Shown: piece by piece, positions 1 through 13,250 of the stretch
Layout: each line of letters begins with the position of its first letter
How positions within the stretch are numbered: the stretch's first letter is position 1
NCBI GenBank assembly: GCA_051294375.1
Contig: CM119266.1
Location: 19,020,087-19,084,086 of the forward strand
DNA: 64,000 bases
Reading direction: 5' to 3'
DNA from: Paraspadella gotoi
Lineage: Eukaryota > Animalia > Chaetognatha
Position numbers and translations under genes: made by a program
The notes under the pieces: model-generated
What the model saw: the letters and a program-made list of their open reading frames with translations, nothing else
Told to the model about the DNA's origin: nothing
Databases searched by the model: none

Positions 1-116
1 ACAGTTAGTTTCCTTTTCTTTGATTGAATAATAATTTTCATAGTGCAAAATGAATAAAGTTTATCCGTCCTAGTAGCCAACAATCAATGAGTAATGACTT
101 TCCTACTTTCTCTTAG

Positions 117-3100
117 GTTTACTCCTCGGCGTCTCTCAGCGCGCTTCAGTACTCTCCATCTTTGTACGCTGCTGCTGTTGCAGCTGCCGCCGCCCAACAA
201 GCAAGTTCGCAGCATCCTTCGTTGCCGCATCCGCCGTACCCAGGAAGTGGCGTCGGTCCCGGAACACCAGGATACTATCAGTCCCAATATGGTCAGGCGG
301 CAGCTGCTGCCGCCGCGGTCGCCGCTGCGGCCGCTGGCTATCAGAGTTCGTCAACAGGTTAGAATGAATAGTATAGAAATAGAAACTTATTTACTTATTT
401 TTCTTTTTCATATATTATTTCTGTCAGTAATTTCTTCATTTTGCATCGTTTCTTTTCTCTCTCAGGCGCTCATCCTGCTGCTGCGAATCTTCCGACGCAC
501 CCGTACCATCATTTCGAATCTTATGCTGCGGTCTTGGCGTCAATGGGTAGTCACGCCGCCGCCGCTGCCGCACACGCAGCTCATGCCGTCGCCTCCCACT
601 CACCGGCTGGCCCCTCCTCCTCTAGCGCCCCGTCGCTGCCCCCTCGTCTGTCTCCCGGTGCTGCGGGTGGGAACGCCCCCAGTTTCCATCCTGCGGCAGG
701 ACCGAGCGGTGCCGCTGGCAGCCCTCAGTCCCCTTATGTTCCTGGCCCTTCCTCGCACCCAGGGCCAAGAACTCCCTCGGGTTCTCCAGGCCCGAGCGGA
801 CCGCCAGGAGGTCCGGGCCCCTCTGGACCGGGTTCTGGCCCACCTTCGTTGCCCCCGGGTTTTTCGTCTGCTTCAAGATCCTTGACCGGACGACCCTCCT
901 TTCCACCCTATCACCCTGAGAGAGAGTCCAAGTCTCCGCCTGTCGGAAGGAGCGGCTTGGATCCATCAAGAATCGGGCGCCCCAGTCCCCGGGCGATGGG
1001 ACCTTCCGTTTCTGGAGGCCCCATCGGACCTATGAAGCCCCCGCTACCCCCGCCACACCTGGGTCACTTTTCTCCCCATGGCCGGTTCCCGGCCTTTCCA
1101 GGTCGGCGAGGATTGTTGGAGACCCCGCTTAGTGCATCGAGGGATTATCCAGCAGCATATGCAAGACATCCCGGTGAGCATGAAATTAAATCGATGTCCC
1201 ATTACTACCACACGAGATCCTGTAAAAAAGTTCATGTTAATATTTATATAAAGAATGGATGATTCTTTTTGTGCGATTTTCATATTAACGAGGGAGGTGG
1301 GGCAACACATTCACTACCATCACCCACCTGAGTCCATCAGCGCAGCCCCGGTGGCGTAAGAGCTCCAGTGTTTTGTCCGTGTAGAATATAGTGAGCATTA
1401 ACAATTTTGTTATCAATAAAATACATAATATTTTTTTAAGATTTATGATTAGCTTATTAACTAAATTAGCGGGAGCAGATCCGACGTGGTTTGCTGAAAC
1501 TTTTTTTTTTTAAATATTTAATATTCAATTATCTCAAGAACACAGTTATCGCTTGATAACTTTTCGATAATTAACGGCGATTTAACTTCTTTTTTTTTTA
1601 TTCATTTTTTATTTTTAACATAAAATTTTTCAATCCTTTTTACCGCCTTCCAATATATGTGTAGAGTCTTACTCTAGACAAAAAATGCCGTTTCTTTCAC
1701 GTCCTTACGCTAGGCACTATTATCATGGTTGGTTCTTTGAATTAGATTTGTGGTTTTTTTTAGTTGCGCCGAAAGTACTCGCGGAGAACAATTTAGTCTG
1801 TTTGTCTGTGAGTCTCTGTATCTATCTCTCTATTAGTCTATTTCATTTACGTTTTAAATGCTCATAACTCGGGTAATACATTTTTATTTTGGTTTTTGTT
1901 TTTTTTTTATGCTTGTTGTGCATATGTTTGACACTTAACCAAAATTAAATGCAGTATATTTCGTGCAATAATTGATATATAATATATATAGTAATATATA
2001 CCGAAAAATAAAACTGTCGATGTTTCATTACTTGATAGTTAAAGATGTAATAATTTAAACATAAAGTCAATGTTGGATAACAGACTGAGTTTAAAATAGT
2101 AAAATTTTGTTCAATTTTTATTTTTTTATCATTTTTTTTAAACGTCCTCGCAAGCACAGCAGTATAATTAATATTAAAAAGTATTTCATTATGAGAAATC
2201 AGTGCGTTAAGGAAAAAAACATCTGGCAAATTATTTTTGCTTAAAGCAATGATTTGTTATAATGAGATACTTTAAATATTTATTTTTTTGTAAGTTTGTT
2301 TTTAAATTTATATCTTAACTATATTTATAAAGTAATATATGTATAACTGGAAATACAAATAAGAAACTCAAGTCGGCGCAACCACATAAAATTCCCGTTT
2401 CGTGTTTATTTTAAAACTTATTATGAGACAAAAAATTGTAAATTATTCATTATCATCCATGAAAAATAACCCTTTTTATTCATGTATTTTCCTTGTTTCG
2501 GTATAACTAGTACTTAAATAATAATGTCCTTTCTTCACCCTTGTTATAACGTAATAAAAATCGAAATGAGAGAAAACATTCGCTTGTAAATCTCTCCCTT
2601 TCTTTTTTTTTCTAATTTCCTTTTCTTTCTTTTTTGTTTCTTTATTCTTTCTTTCCAATTTTATATTTTTTTGGTTTTTCGCGCACCATAACATTGTTTT
2701 CTCTTTCCTTCTTTTCATGGTTCTTTTTTTTCACTTTAAAAAATAAACAACTGTATTCTTAGATCTTATAAAATTTTACTCAAAATGACAGGTAACTTTT
2801 TCAATGATGATAAAGGAGGTTCTGATTAATGAAATGAAATTCTTATATGACAAAGTACTAATAAAAGGTATTTTAAATGCTTAAACAATGATTAACAACA
2901 TCATCATTAACATTCTTGTCTTTATCGCCATCAAGAAATCATCGCCAATGTCATAATCCTTTGCAGTTTGTAAAATTTGTTTGTAAAATATTTTTTAATA
3001 TTTCGTCGGTTATTTAGTCAGCGAATAATCAATAGAAAAGAAAAATGGTTTTGAATTAAAAAATAATGTAACCAATGAATACATTTCAATTTTCAGGGCA

Positions 3101-6100
3101 TCCTTTAAATGAGTCTTTGGGTTTTAAGAGAATATTCTTTTCGTGATTGAAATGTTATTTTTTAATGAAAGTTTTCCATCGTTGATTTCCTGCTCCAGGC
3201 GTCACGCCGCATCCTTCGCATGCCCATGGTCGAGGCGCCCCTATTCCTTCAGATCAAATGGCGTCGGCGGCGAAACGTGTCAAACTCGGACATCCTCCTC
3301 ATCCGCCGCAGCTTCCGCCGCCTTCTCATCAAGGCTGGCCGCCACCAGCAGCAACCCTCGCTTCTGTAGCCGCTGGGACATCGAGCTCTTCCGTGGTTAG
3401 AGGGCCGCCTACCTCAACCGCGACCGCAGCGGTGTCGGGTTCGACGTCCGGGTTGCCGCAAATTCCGGCGGCGACTGCCGGGCAGCAGATCCACTATCCT
3501 CCGCACTTCATGAAAGGTTCGATCATCGAACTGGCGAACGGGGAGCTCAAACGCGTGGAGGATCTCCGGACGGAAGATTTCGTGAGCAGCGCCAGCGTCT
3601 CCGGCGATCTCCGCATCGACTCCTCCACCGTCGTAAAGATTGAGGAGTTTTCCGATCGCGGCACGGCCGTCTTGGGATTCAGCGTCGGCGATCATCGCGT
3701 CAATGTATGTTTGCTTTTTTCTTTTTTCTTTTTTATTTTCATACATAATATATATATATATAAGAGTGTGAGCTTAGAATCTACAAAAGCACATTTTCAT
3801 TATAACAGAAGTTTTGACTATGGTGATACCCTTCATCCGAACTGATAAAGACTGTTTTTCCTCGAATTGTTTTGATTGGTTTTATTTAAAATGTTTTAAA
3901 AAAGTGAAGTTTTAAAAATTGAAGCCAGATGTCACAACAACCCCAGTAATGGTTAAGACACACGTAATTGAGCAGGCATGTCTTAAACTATAACCGAGGC
4001 TGTCATAAATGACAGATCATTTTTGATACGAGTCTATCAGACATTTGGACAGAATCGGCTTATGTGGCCTTTGTGACGACATTTAAAGCACACCGGGAGA
4101 CTTTTGGTCCCACTCCCACGTCCCCCACGTCCACCACGTGGCACGCTCCAGAAAATCGACCGTCGGTCTGTTAAGCAAGTTTCAAAAAAAAAGTTTTAGC
4201 ATCGAGTGGGAATGAGTAAGAGATGAACTTACTGCTAGAGTTGGTTGAAGAGTAGTATTCCACACTGAGATCCGTTGGAAGATAGGCCTCGAGACATCCT
4301 AAAAAACCGTATACTGTATACTGTGTATATTAGGGCATTTAAAAATAACAAAATATAACATATCGAATAAAGTACATAGCTATTTTAGTCAGTAGAATTC
4401 GATGTATAACATATCGAATAAGGTACATAGCTATTTTAGTCAGTAGAATTCGATGTTGATAACCTTTTTTTTGTATAGTTTCATCTTCTTTTTCGAAAAT
4501 AGCGATTTTTTTAGTATATCCAGAAATAAAATTTTGAAATTATTATTTTTTAACTTTAACCTAATTTTACTAATAATTATTAATAAATATAGCTAACTTT
4601 TTAAAAAATATAAAATTTAGAAATAAACTTACCAAAATATTTTTATAAGTCTTTATTTTTATATTTCAAAAGCTCATATAAATTTTATAAAATTTTAATA
4701 ATTTGATTTATGACAATTTTATATTCATTAAAAATCGTCATTTTGGACAAGAAAGATAAAATTATACAAAAAAATGGTCATCACCATCGAATTCTACAGA
4801 CTTGTTTACACTAAAATAGCTATGTACCTTATTCGATTTGTTATATTTTGTTATTTTTAAACGCCATACTGTATATGACAATGCTCAAGGTAATTTCAGG
4901 AGATGGGGATGACCAAGATGAGAGGACAAGAAAAAGGAAGAGAGAAAGGGGAGAGGTTGAAGGCGATTGAGATGGCAAGGGAGATTAGGCAAAGATAGCA
5001 ACAAGATGTTGAAAAATATTGGACAAAAATTATCACAACCACACCTTAAACGGAAACTACGATGCTTCCGTCGGAGATCCTCAAAGGTCGGTCGACCCTA
5101 AAACAAAATTAAGCCATGAAAAGTTCAACGGATCCTGGGTTCAGGAACGAAGCTTTGGGGGTCCCCACGCCACCCAGTCGGCTTACAGTTACAGTTGTAC
5201 TCACAATTCCCATAAGTACTGGGTTGGGATTAAACACAATAACTAGTGGTCATGAACTGATGGTTTTACTCCATGCACAAGGTGCACACTATGCCTTAAG
5301 GTTCATTGCACATTAAGGCATAGTGAAAGTTGCAGATCAAAATTCAAATAGTTTTTCATGAACAGTCTTGCACTAAAGAACATTGCTATGTAATAATAAT
5401 TATTTTTAATTCCTCAATTTTCGCATACGCCCATATTTATACATAGTACTTACTATAGAAAATGTCAAAATTTAAGAATAATTTTTTGTTAGTTTTGAAA
5501 GCAGATTCGAATTCCTCATAACAAGAAGAAAATTATGAAAAAATTATTACATAATTACCCTAACCCTAATTACCCCTAACCCTAAACCCACCAACCCCGG
5601 TCGGCGAAAGTTAAGTAATGTCTAATAGGCAATAAGATATTTTAACTTGTTTAATTTTAAAAATAGCCTAACCCCATTTAACACTAACCCTTGGCAAAAG
5701 ATAATTTTTGCGAAAAGGCGGCCAAGAACGGCGTCCGCGTGGGCAATGGGCTAGCTAATGGAGGAAAATCCTTTTCATTGAGGGAAGCCATTTTGTAGTT
5801 GGAGATATCGATACGAGTGATTAAGGGTTTAGTCGAAAGTTTTTAGTCGCGGGGACAAAACTAAGAAAAAATAAAAACAGAGTTCAAATGGTAATCGTAA
5901 CACAAGATAATTCGGAACGGGTAATTCGGAACACTGACATATAAAATGAAATAAAAAAATCTTAAAGCATAAGGATCATCGCAATCGCATAAGAAAAATC
6001 GGGATTGACGACAAATTTTGATACTAAAAAAATTAAATTTGAGAAAAGAAAAATAATTTATAAACAGAAAGAAAAAGAATAAATATAAATAAATAAAGGG

Positions 6101-8659
6101 CGATCCCGGAGTTTAATACGCTCTGGAGGCTTATGGGAAAACAAATAGAAAGAAGAAAAAATAAATTTTGTTTCTTTACGGAAAAGATACAATAATATTA
6201 AAATACATAATATTAAAATACTATGGCAACGGGAGGATTGCCTGTGATACCCGGGTTGCGAGGTATCTCACCAACTGGCGTAAGGGCTGTGGACCCTAAG
6301 TAACAGCCTCCTGTCACTGGCATGTTTATACCGGCACCATTACATTTAAGCCAGAACCGGGATACCCAGGGATTGAACCCGGGACGTACGGTTGGAATTA
6401 GATGATTTAGCCTGCTCTGCCATTGAGGCAGCTTTAAGTTTTGCTGCTACAATATAATAATATTAAAAACGTTGATAAGCTTCATTTCTTTTTAATTCTT
6501 TAAAAAAAATTTTTTAAATATCAATTAACCCAAACTTATCCCCAACCCAAACTTATCCCTAACTTATTTTTATAATTAATTTTTATTTATTCTTAATTTA
6601 TTCTATTACCGTTTTTTAAATATTTTTAAAATAAAAATTGAGAAATAATACTGCGGAATTTTGACGCGTATTTGAAAGTTGCAAGATTATTTTTAAAATA
6701 TTTTTAGAAATATAAGAAAAAAATTTTTTTGATTTCGATTTTAAGGTGACTGTGGAGGCGACCTTGGAGCATCCCTTCTTTGTTTTCGGACAAGGGTGGT
6801 CGTCGGTGACGCCGGATCGGACGCTGCAGCGCTACGGCCTCCCGTGTCACAAGCTTTCTGTTGGCGACGTCTGTGTCTCCTTAACCCACTCCAACGCGAT
6901 GTCGGGATCCTCTGCCGCCGCGACAGAGCCGCGCCCGTCTGCAAATGGAGGTGGAGCCTCTTCAGGGGACACTCCTACTTCCTCCGTTGCCGAACGAACG
7001 TCACAAGCCTCCACTACCTCCGTTGGTGAGATTATTTTAGTTAACCAAGTTATGATTATTAAGTTTTCACTTTAGTGCGATAAACCCTGAATAGCAGGCA
7101 TCGAATTACCTCAATCAGTAACTGGTTACAGCATTAACCAGTTTTTTTTCTTTGTGGTATTAACACATCAGAATCCTTATCAAAATTTTTACAAAACCAA
7201 AAACAAGAATTGCACAATTGCTGGTTTATGTTTTCAGGATCTCAGTTATCTGGACCAACATCGACTGCTCTATCTGGCCACTCCACAGCCTCAACTTTCT
7301 CTAGATCACAACATACTCTTACAGCATCCGAGCTTGAAGGGAGACCCTCTACAACCTCAGGTTAATTCCTTAATAACTACAATCTAGTAAATTAAACCAA
7401 GGTTATAAGTGCTACGCTAACTTTTTATCTGCCCCGCCTATCTAGTATTTTAAGAATTTTACTAAGATTCAGTTATAACCCCAGCCAATAATTTTTTCAA
7501 AATCCTTGGCCAATAGATACCATAACCATCAATTATTCTATTTAAATGCAATAATTCTTACAATATCTTTCTTATGACATTTCTCAGAATTATCCATTCA
7601 AGAACCTGGAAGAGGAAGCTCCAGTTTGAATACCGATCCTTCAACCAACATACCTCCCATAGCTGCAACTTCCTCGACTCCTCTCTCGTTGCTAACCCAA
7701 CCCTCTGACCGGGAAGCGGAAAAGGCTTCACCACTTAACGGGAGGGGAAGGGCCGTTGGAGGTCCTGGAATACAGGCACAACCGCCACAACTGAGCTCCT
7801 CGAGGCTCGCCGGCTTTGGCCTTCCAATTCACGGAGGCTCAGCCTCAGCCTGCTCTCCTTCACAGCCTAACCAGGCTCTTTCATCAGGTGGAGTCACCTA
7901 GATATGAATACAGAACTGAATAATTTTCATCAAACGACTTTGTTTATAGGCTTGCAACCTCACCTACCTCTTCAATCTCCTCATTATGTACACCCACATG
8001 GTGTATCATCCGGCGGTGCCCATCCACCGATGCCCCCTATAACAGCTCCTTCGGCCTCGGCGTTGCTGGCGGCATGGGCCGCGGGAGGGGCTCAAGCCGC
8101 TCAACAAGCCTTGTTGGCGGCGTCGCAATACCAACAGCAGCAACAGACGCCTGCACATCAAATGCAACTCCATGGTGGCGCCGCGTTTTCCACGCCGTCG
8201 ATTGTCACTCAGACGCAGACGACCATATCAACGTCGGTCTCGGGTTTAGGCCTCGCCCCCACAACTACGGCACAGCAGCACTCAGAGGCTTCCAGGTTGA
8301 CGTCGTCATCGGCTATGCCCACGCAAGGCGCTCTGGTTCCTGTTGCGTCGACTGCTGCAGCGCCGCCGTCGGCTAACCGGAGAAGGCGTTGGTCGGCGCC
8401 CGATTTGGCAAAACTGGAATATAATCCGACAGAACCGATACCACCGTTACCACCGGCGCCAAGAAAACCCTTTACCGCCGAGTCGTCAACTCCTGTTGCT
8501 GCCTCTCTGGTTTGCACCGGGCATGGATCGACGGGGGGTACGTCTACCGCGACGGTCTCGAGAGCCCCAGGAGTTCGAATCTCCCAGATTTCCGATGGCA
8601 AATCAGGAAGAATAGGAAAGGGGACTGGGGCTCGAAAAGGGGGCCAGTCGCCATCTTAG
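117..8659 (+). CDS. ATXN1: Ataxin-1 homologue, 5'-partial. Exons 117-357, 466-1173, [1293-1355 optional], 3199-3704, 6746-7025, 7238-7360, 7588-7887, 7950-8659
   Basis: The AXH domain (YPPHFMKGSIIELANGELKRVEDLRTEDF...|VTVEATLEHPFFVFGQGWSS...GLPCHKLSVGDVCVSL) is split by an intron. The last exon has RRRRWSAP, matching the ATXN1 RKRRWSAP (S776) motif. The N-terminus is Ala/Pro/His-rich, and splice phases agree across exons. Confidence 0.93.
4333..4872. mobile_element. Non-autonomous TIR element (MITE) in an Ataxin-1 intron
   Basis: Inverted ends of ~60 bp: ggcatttaaaaataacaaaatataacatatcgaataaagtacatagctattttag / ctaaaatagctatgtaccttattcgatttgttatattttgttatttttaaacgcc. Internal ~50-bp duplication at 4356-4455. 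Confidence 0.75.
6222..6432 (-). mobile_element. tRNA-derived SINE
   Basis: The minus strand has an A-box-like TGGCAGAGCAGG and a B-box GGTTCAATCCC at tRNA-like spacing. A GC-rich structured body follows, ending GTTGCCATA. aataatattaaaa occurs on both flanks (possible TSD). Confidence 0.7.
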
Positions 8660-11210
8660 GCTCAAATTTATTTAGTGAAATTTCAAAATTATTTTTCTAA
8701 CAGTTAAGTAAATATTTTTTCCCAATTTATTGAGCATAAAAATTTTATGAAAATGAAATTATCATTAAATATAACAAAAACTAGGAAAACAAAAGCTGAC
8801 TTTGCAGCCCGGCAAAGTTTTCTTTGGTGAATTGCGGTGATCCTAAAGAATGGGTGAAGATTGTTTATAATACGACTCAAATGATCTCGCTGTTTGGTAC
8901 CGTTTTATGACATAATATAGGTCGGAGTATTTATTTATCTATGTGAGATAAGCGCTAGATAACCATGTTACCTTGTCCATATAATCTGAAGTAAATGAAT
9001 CTTCAGACCGAATATTCTTATTTTCAATAAATCGAGTAAAGTAAACACGTCGCAGTAGCAGGGGTTTTTCTTTCATGTCTTTGTGATCATACAGGAGCTG
9101 CCTTAACACAACACTTTCGATGTCATGTACACGGATCCTTGCTCTGCGCCGTTTAAAATGTTTAAAGGAAAAAGAATTTTTAATTATTAGTTATTTCCGT
9201 AGCAAGTGGAAGCATTCAGAGTTAAAAGAAATCCTTCAATTATTACATTATGATTATTAAACCATAAAAAAGCATAGCCTCCCTCAGTGGATTAAACGTT
9301 GTCTTTGCGCGTCGTTTGGACGTTTTGTTCTTAAATCTAAATATGTTCAATTGAATTGTAACAAACTTATAGTAACGATACGGGTCTCCCCACCTCCCCT
9401 CTCTTCCGTACCCCGTTTACCTCACCTAGTTCACGCCATTCTAGGCTAAAATATATTTAGCTTTTAAAAATTCAAACATCAGTTTCTTTTGCAACCTATT
9501 CTTTTTCAGTAACAATTAAAATCAATTACAATTGTTTAAAGCTGTTTTAGGCTTATTGATGTTTTTAATCCAATATTTAAAACATTAAAGTGCCATCCAG
9601 CTAAAAACTGTTTCTTAAGGTGCCAAATTAAGTTTTAAAAAACGTCGGCTATAAAGTCAATTAAAATACGCAGTAGGTGATAACCGTGAGTAGAGTCATT
9701 TGTTTTAACAAATATTTTTAAAATAATATAAAATTAGTTTCGAAACGTAAATTTTACTGCATAAAATAAATCATTTTTAACTTAATCTCAATAGTTGTAA
9801 TTGTTTTTAAATTTTCTACTCTTATCTAACTTCAGCCCTTTTAGGGTTCATCATATGTGTCAAATGTGTCCTGCTTGTGATCATTGATCTTTGCAAATTT
9901 TCATATTTATTAACTTATGTCTAAGGTTCGAATGTAATGGATAATATTCATTATGTTGTTACTTTTGGTCAACGGTCTTACTGTAATACAATATTCACAT
10001 CTTTCCTTATTTGTAAGTCACCAATTTTTTATTGTAAAAGGTTTTTACATTTTACTGCACTCCCGGTCAATTTAAAAGCTGTCATTTAGCAATCACATTT
10101 CTTGTACTACTATTTTTTCTTATCACAGAGAATGTTTTCAGTTTGTTCATTTAGTCTTTCTGCTATGGAATATAAATTATCCTCATTTTATTTGGGGAAG
10201 TGTAACAGCCAGCGTAGAATAAACACTGCCAATTATTTAAAAACAATATATTTTAAGTAAAATAAACGTAAAAAATTAAGATTAAAATTTGGGATGTAAA
10301 TCAGTGGCAGCTCAATATTATTTTTGGCATTATATCACGTACACGCAAATAGATACAAAAAATGTGATTTTAAACTCACAGAATAACGATTTTGGAAGTA
10401 ATTTATATCAATATCACTTATTTTGTGGTTTCCTATTAATTATTAATATTTACTCAGTTAATTAACTGAGTACTATTTATAAAGTCGTTTAGGAAAAATT
10501 TAATTGATGTTATATTAGGTCGATTGATTCATGTTGTGACTTTTTTAACATCGATTATATAATTACATTATGATCCTATTATAATGTAATTGTCTTTCAA
10601 GCTTGGAAATTTTCTGTATACTGAATATTGTAGTTATGACTTTTTATAGTTCACTTTACAAAAATTTTGAAATTGTACTGGCTGTATTGTTTTGAAAAAA
10701 ATGATAATGAACTTTTCATGAACTTTTTGGATAGCAAAAAAGAAATGTAATTTTAAAAACAAATTAATCAGGTATTTAGTTAAAACCGATTAAAAGTTGC
10801 ATTAATGAATTTGATTTTTATAAATATAAAATTCCATCTCTTTTTCAACTTTTCTTTCTGGTCTTTCCCTTTTTTAATTTCATTTTTGTCTGATAGCTTA
10901 ATTTTCATGAATGGTCATCACCTCCATTGACAACATTGCTACAAAAATAAAACTTGTTAATCATTTTAAATTTGCTCTGTATGTACATGATTTATATATT
11001 TTGAGGCGTCTGTACTTAGATTAACTGAGGGAGATAAAATAATTTTCAAGTTTTATTTTAATATTCTCGCATACATTTGTACTTGTTGTTCAAGGTAATC
11101 ATTAAAAACATGTATATATTTCCGAGCTTTTCATTTAAATTTTTTAGTCAATTTTAGTAGAAATATTTGCAATTATAGCTAGCAGAGCAGCAGAGGATTT
11201 GAAACATGTT

Positions 11211-12590
11211 TAAACAAGTTTGAGTAAACAATGTTGGATCTGCCTACGATAATTAAGCGGTAATAAGCTATTCCGATGATAAATCATGGTAATTTTTCTG
11301 ACTCTCAATTTGTGATTATAACAAATCATAACAGACTTCTTAATCTATAAATCAATTGATCTATCAATCATTACCAGTAGCTGTGCCAATACCAACTTGC
11401 ATAATTTGGTCAACTTTCATAATTTAATCAACTTGCATAATTTGGTCAATTGAAATAATTTGATCATCTGGCATAATTTGGTCAACAGGCATAATTTGGT
11501 CAATTGGTATAATATTATCAACTGGCATAATTTGGTTGACTGGTATATTTTTTCAACTTGCAAAATGTGGTCAAATGGCATAATTTGGTCAAGTAACGTA
11601 ATTTTGTCAACTGGCATAATTTGATACACTGGAATAATTTGGTCAACTGGCATAATTTGGTCAACTAGCATAATTTGGTTAAATTGCTTAAATTGGTCAA
11701 CTGACATAATTAGATCAACTGACATAATTTGTCAACCAACATAATTTGGTCAACTTACATAATTTGATCAACCTTCATAATTTAATCAACTTGCATTATT
11801 TGGTCAACTGACATCATATGGTCAACTGGCAAAACTTGGTAAACCGGCATATTTTGGTCAACTGGCATAATTTGTCAACTGGCAAAATTTTTTCAACTTG
11901 TATAATTTGGTCAACTTGCAAAATGTGGTGAAGTGGCATAATTTGATCAACTGGCAAATTTAGGTCAACTGGCATAATTTGGTCAACTTGTATAATTTGG
12001 TCAACTGGCATGATTTGGTCAACTGACATAATTTGCCCAACTGCAAAATTTGGTCAACCGGCATAATTTGGTCAATTGGCAAAATTTGATCAATCAATCA
12101 GAGAGAGATAGAGAGAAACTTTTAAAAATTGACATAAATGGGTCTTTTGGTTTTCTGTTTTAAACTCTTTTCCACTCCTACGATTACATCAAAAACATAT
12201 CCAGCTTAATGACAGTTTTCTACCCACACACAAAATTTTATTTTTAATAAATATAATAATTATGAGTAAATATAAGTAAAAATGCTTCAAGTAAATATGA
12301 ATTTTGTTTTTTCCATATAAACTCATTTCTACTCGCACGATTCCATCGAAACTTTATATCCAGCTCAATCACACAATTTCCCACCCACACACAAAATTTC
12401 ATTCCAATCTATCAATCAAATCACGAGTAATTGGAGTTTAATGCCAGGGGGGACGGACGGACGGACATCATTTTTTTTGCATAATTAATCATAATTCGAT
12501 GTTCTGATATGATAAAAATCATTTACCGACAAGATTTGGGGGTGGACCGACGGACCGACAAAGTGAACTAAGAGTCGGAATTGATAAGCG
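11211..12590 (-). mobile_element. DINE-1/HINE-like (Helentron-associated) non-autonomous element with a central tandem repeat
   Basis: The end block aaacaagtttgag.aaacaatgt.ggatctgcc.acgat is shared with other copies and reads ...aaacttgttt on the minus strand. A (GTCC)n microsatellite lies near the other end (12451-12466), with a tandem array between. Confidence 0.6.
11393..12092. repeat. 18-bp minisatellite, consensus ~ttggtcaactggcataat, about 38-39 units
   Basis: The tandem units are directly visible. They explain the periodic VDQIMP ORFs on the minus strand. Confidence 0.95.
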
Positions 12591-13139
12591 AATGTACAAG
12601 GTACATTCTCGATATTCAAAATTTTTTACAAATTTTATTGCTGATATTTTTTTACTAGCGGAGCAACTGTCTGTCATAAAGAGTTCTGTAATATAAATTT
12701 ATTTTATCCTTTATCTTTAAAAATAATTTATACTAAAACTTTGTCAATTAGTAAAACATAACCAAACATTTAGGCATTTAAACCTTTATTAATGTATAGG
12801 TAAAATTTTTAAAACAAATTTATTACCCCATAACAACTTTTAAAAATAATTATCATTATCGTCTTACCTTAATTTTCATAGCTTTGGATAATTTAACCGA
12901 TAAAAAATTAAAATTTCAAAATTCTGTCTTTTTTAAATCTAATTTTTAAGCCGTCAAGCTCTATTGAACCCATACTGTAAAAATGTTTTATATTTGGCTA
13001 AACAGAAACATCTTTTACAATTACTACGAAAGTATTCTTAATTTAAAGGAAAAAATTGATTTATAATATCATATTTCATAAAAGCCTTTATATTATAACC
13101 CATAAGTATAAAGATGATGTTTTTAAAAAAATTTCCCAT

Positions 13140-13250
13140 TTGTTCTTTCTTAAAGAAATGGCTTACTAAAATGCTCAACGATGGGGCAATCCCAGGAATG
13201 CAATTTCTTCTTCCAGCGCCTTAGTGTCGCTCTCCTAATAGGAAACGCAA
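13140..13250 (+). mobile_element. Decayed 3' end of a CRE-like non-LTR retrotransposon (end of the restriction-like endonuclease)
   Basis: FLKEMAY*NAQRWGNP / ECNFFFQRLSVALLIGNA resembles the C-terminal motif FLxQRLSVAIQRGNA of CRE-clade elements. It contains a stop and a frameshift. Confidence 0.45.

Noticed and set aside
5255-5335. Hammerhead-like ctgatg...gaaa around the hairpin cactatgccttaa/ttaaggcatagtg
   Set aside because: The core reads CTGATGG, is not adjacent to the stem, and has no stem III/NUH.
6360-6432. tRNA gene
   Set aside because: A and B boxes are present, but there is no convincing cloverleaf or acceptor stem, and the sequence runs into a repeat body. Called a SINE head instead.
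11417-12029. Periodic ORFs (VDQIMP)n, and the array as a possible CRISPR
   Set aside because: These are translations of an 18-bp tandem satellite. There are no unique spacers or cas genes, and the context is eukaryotic.
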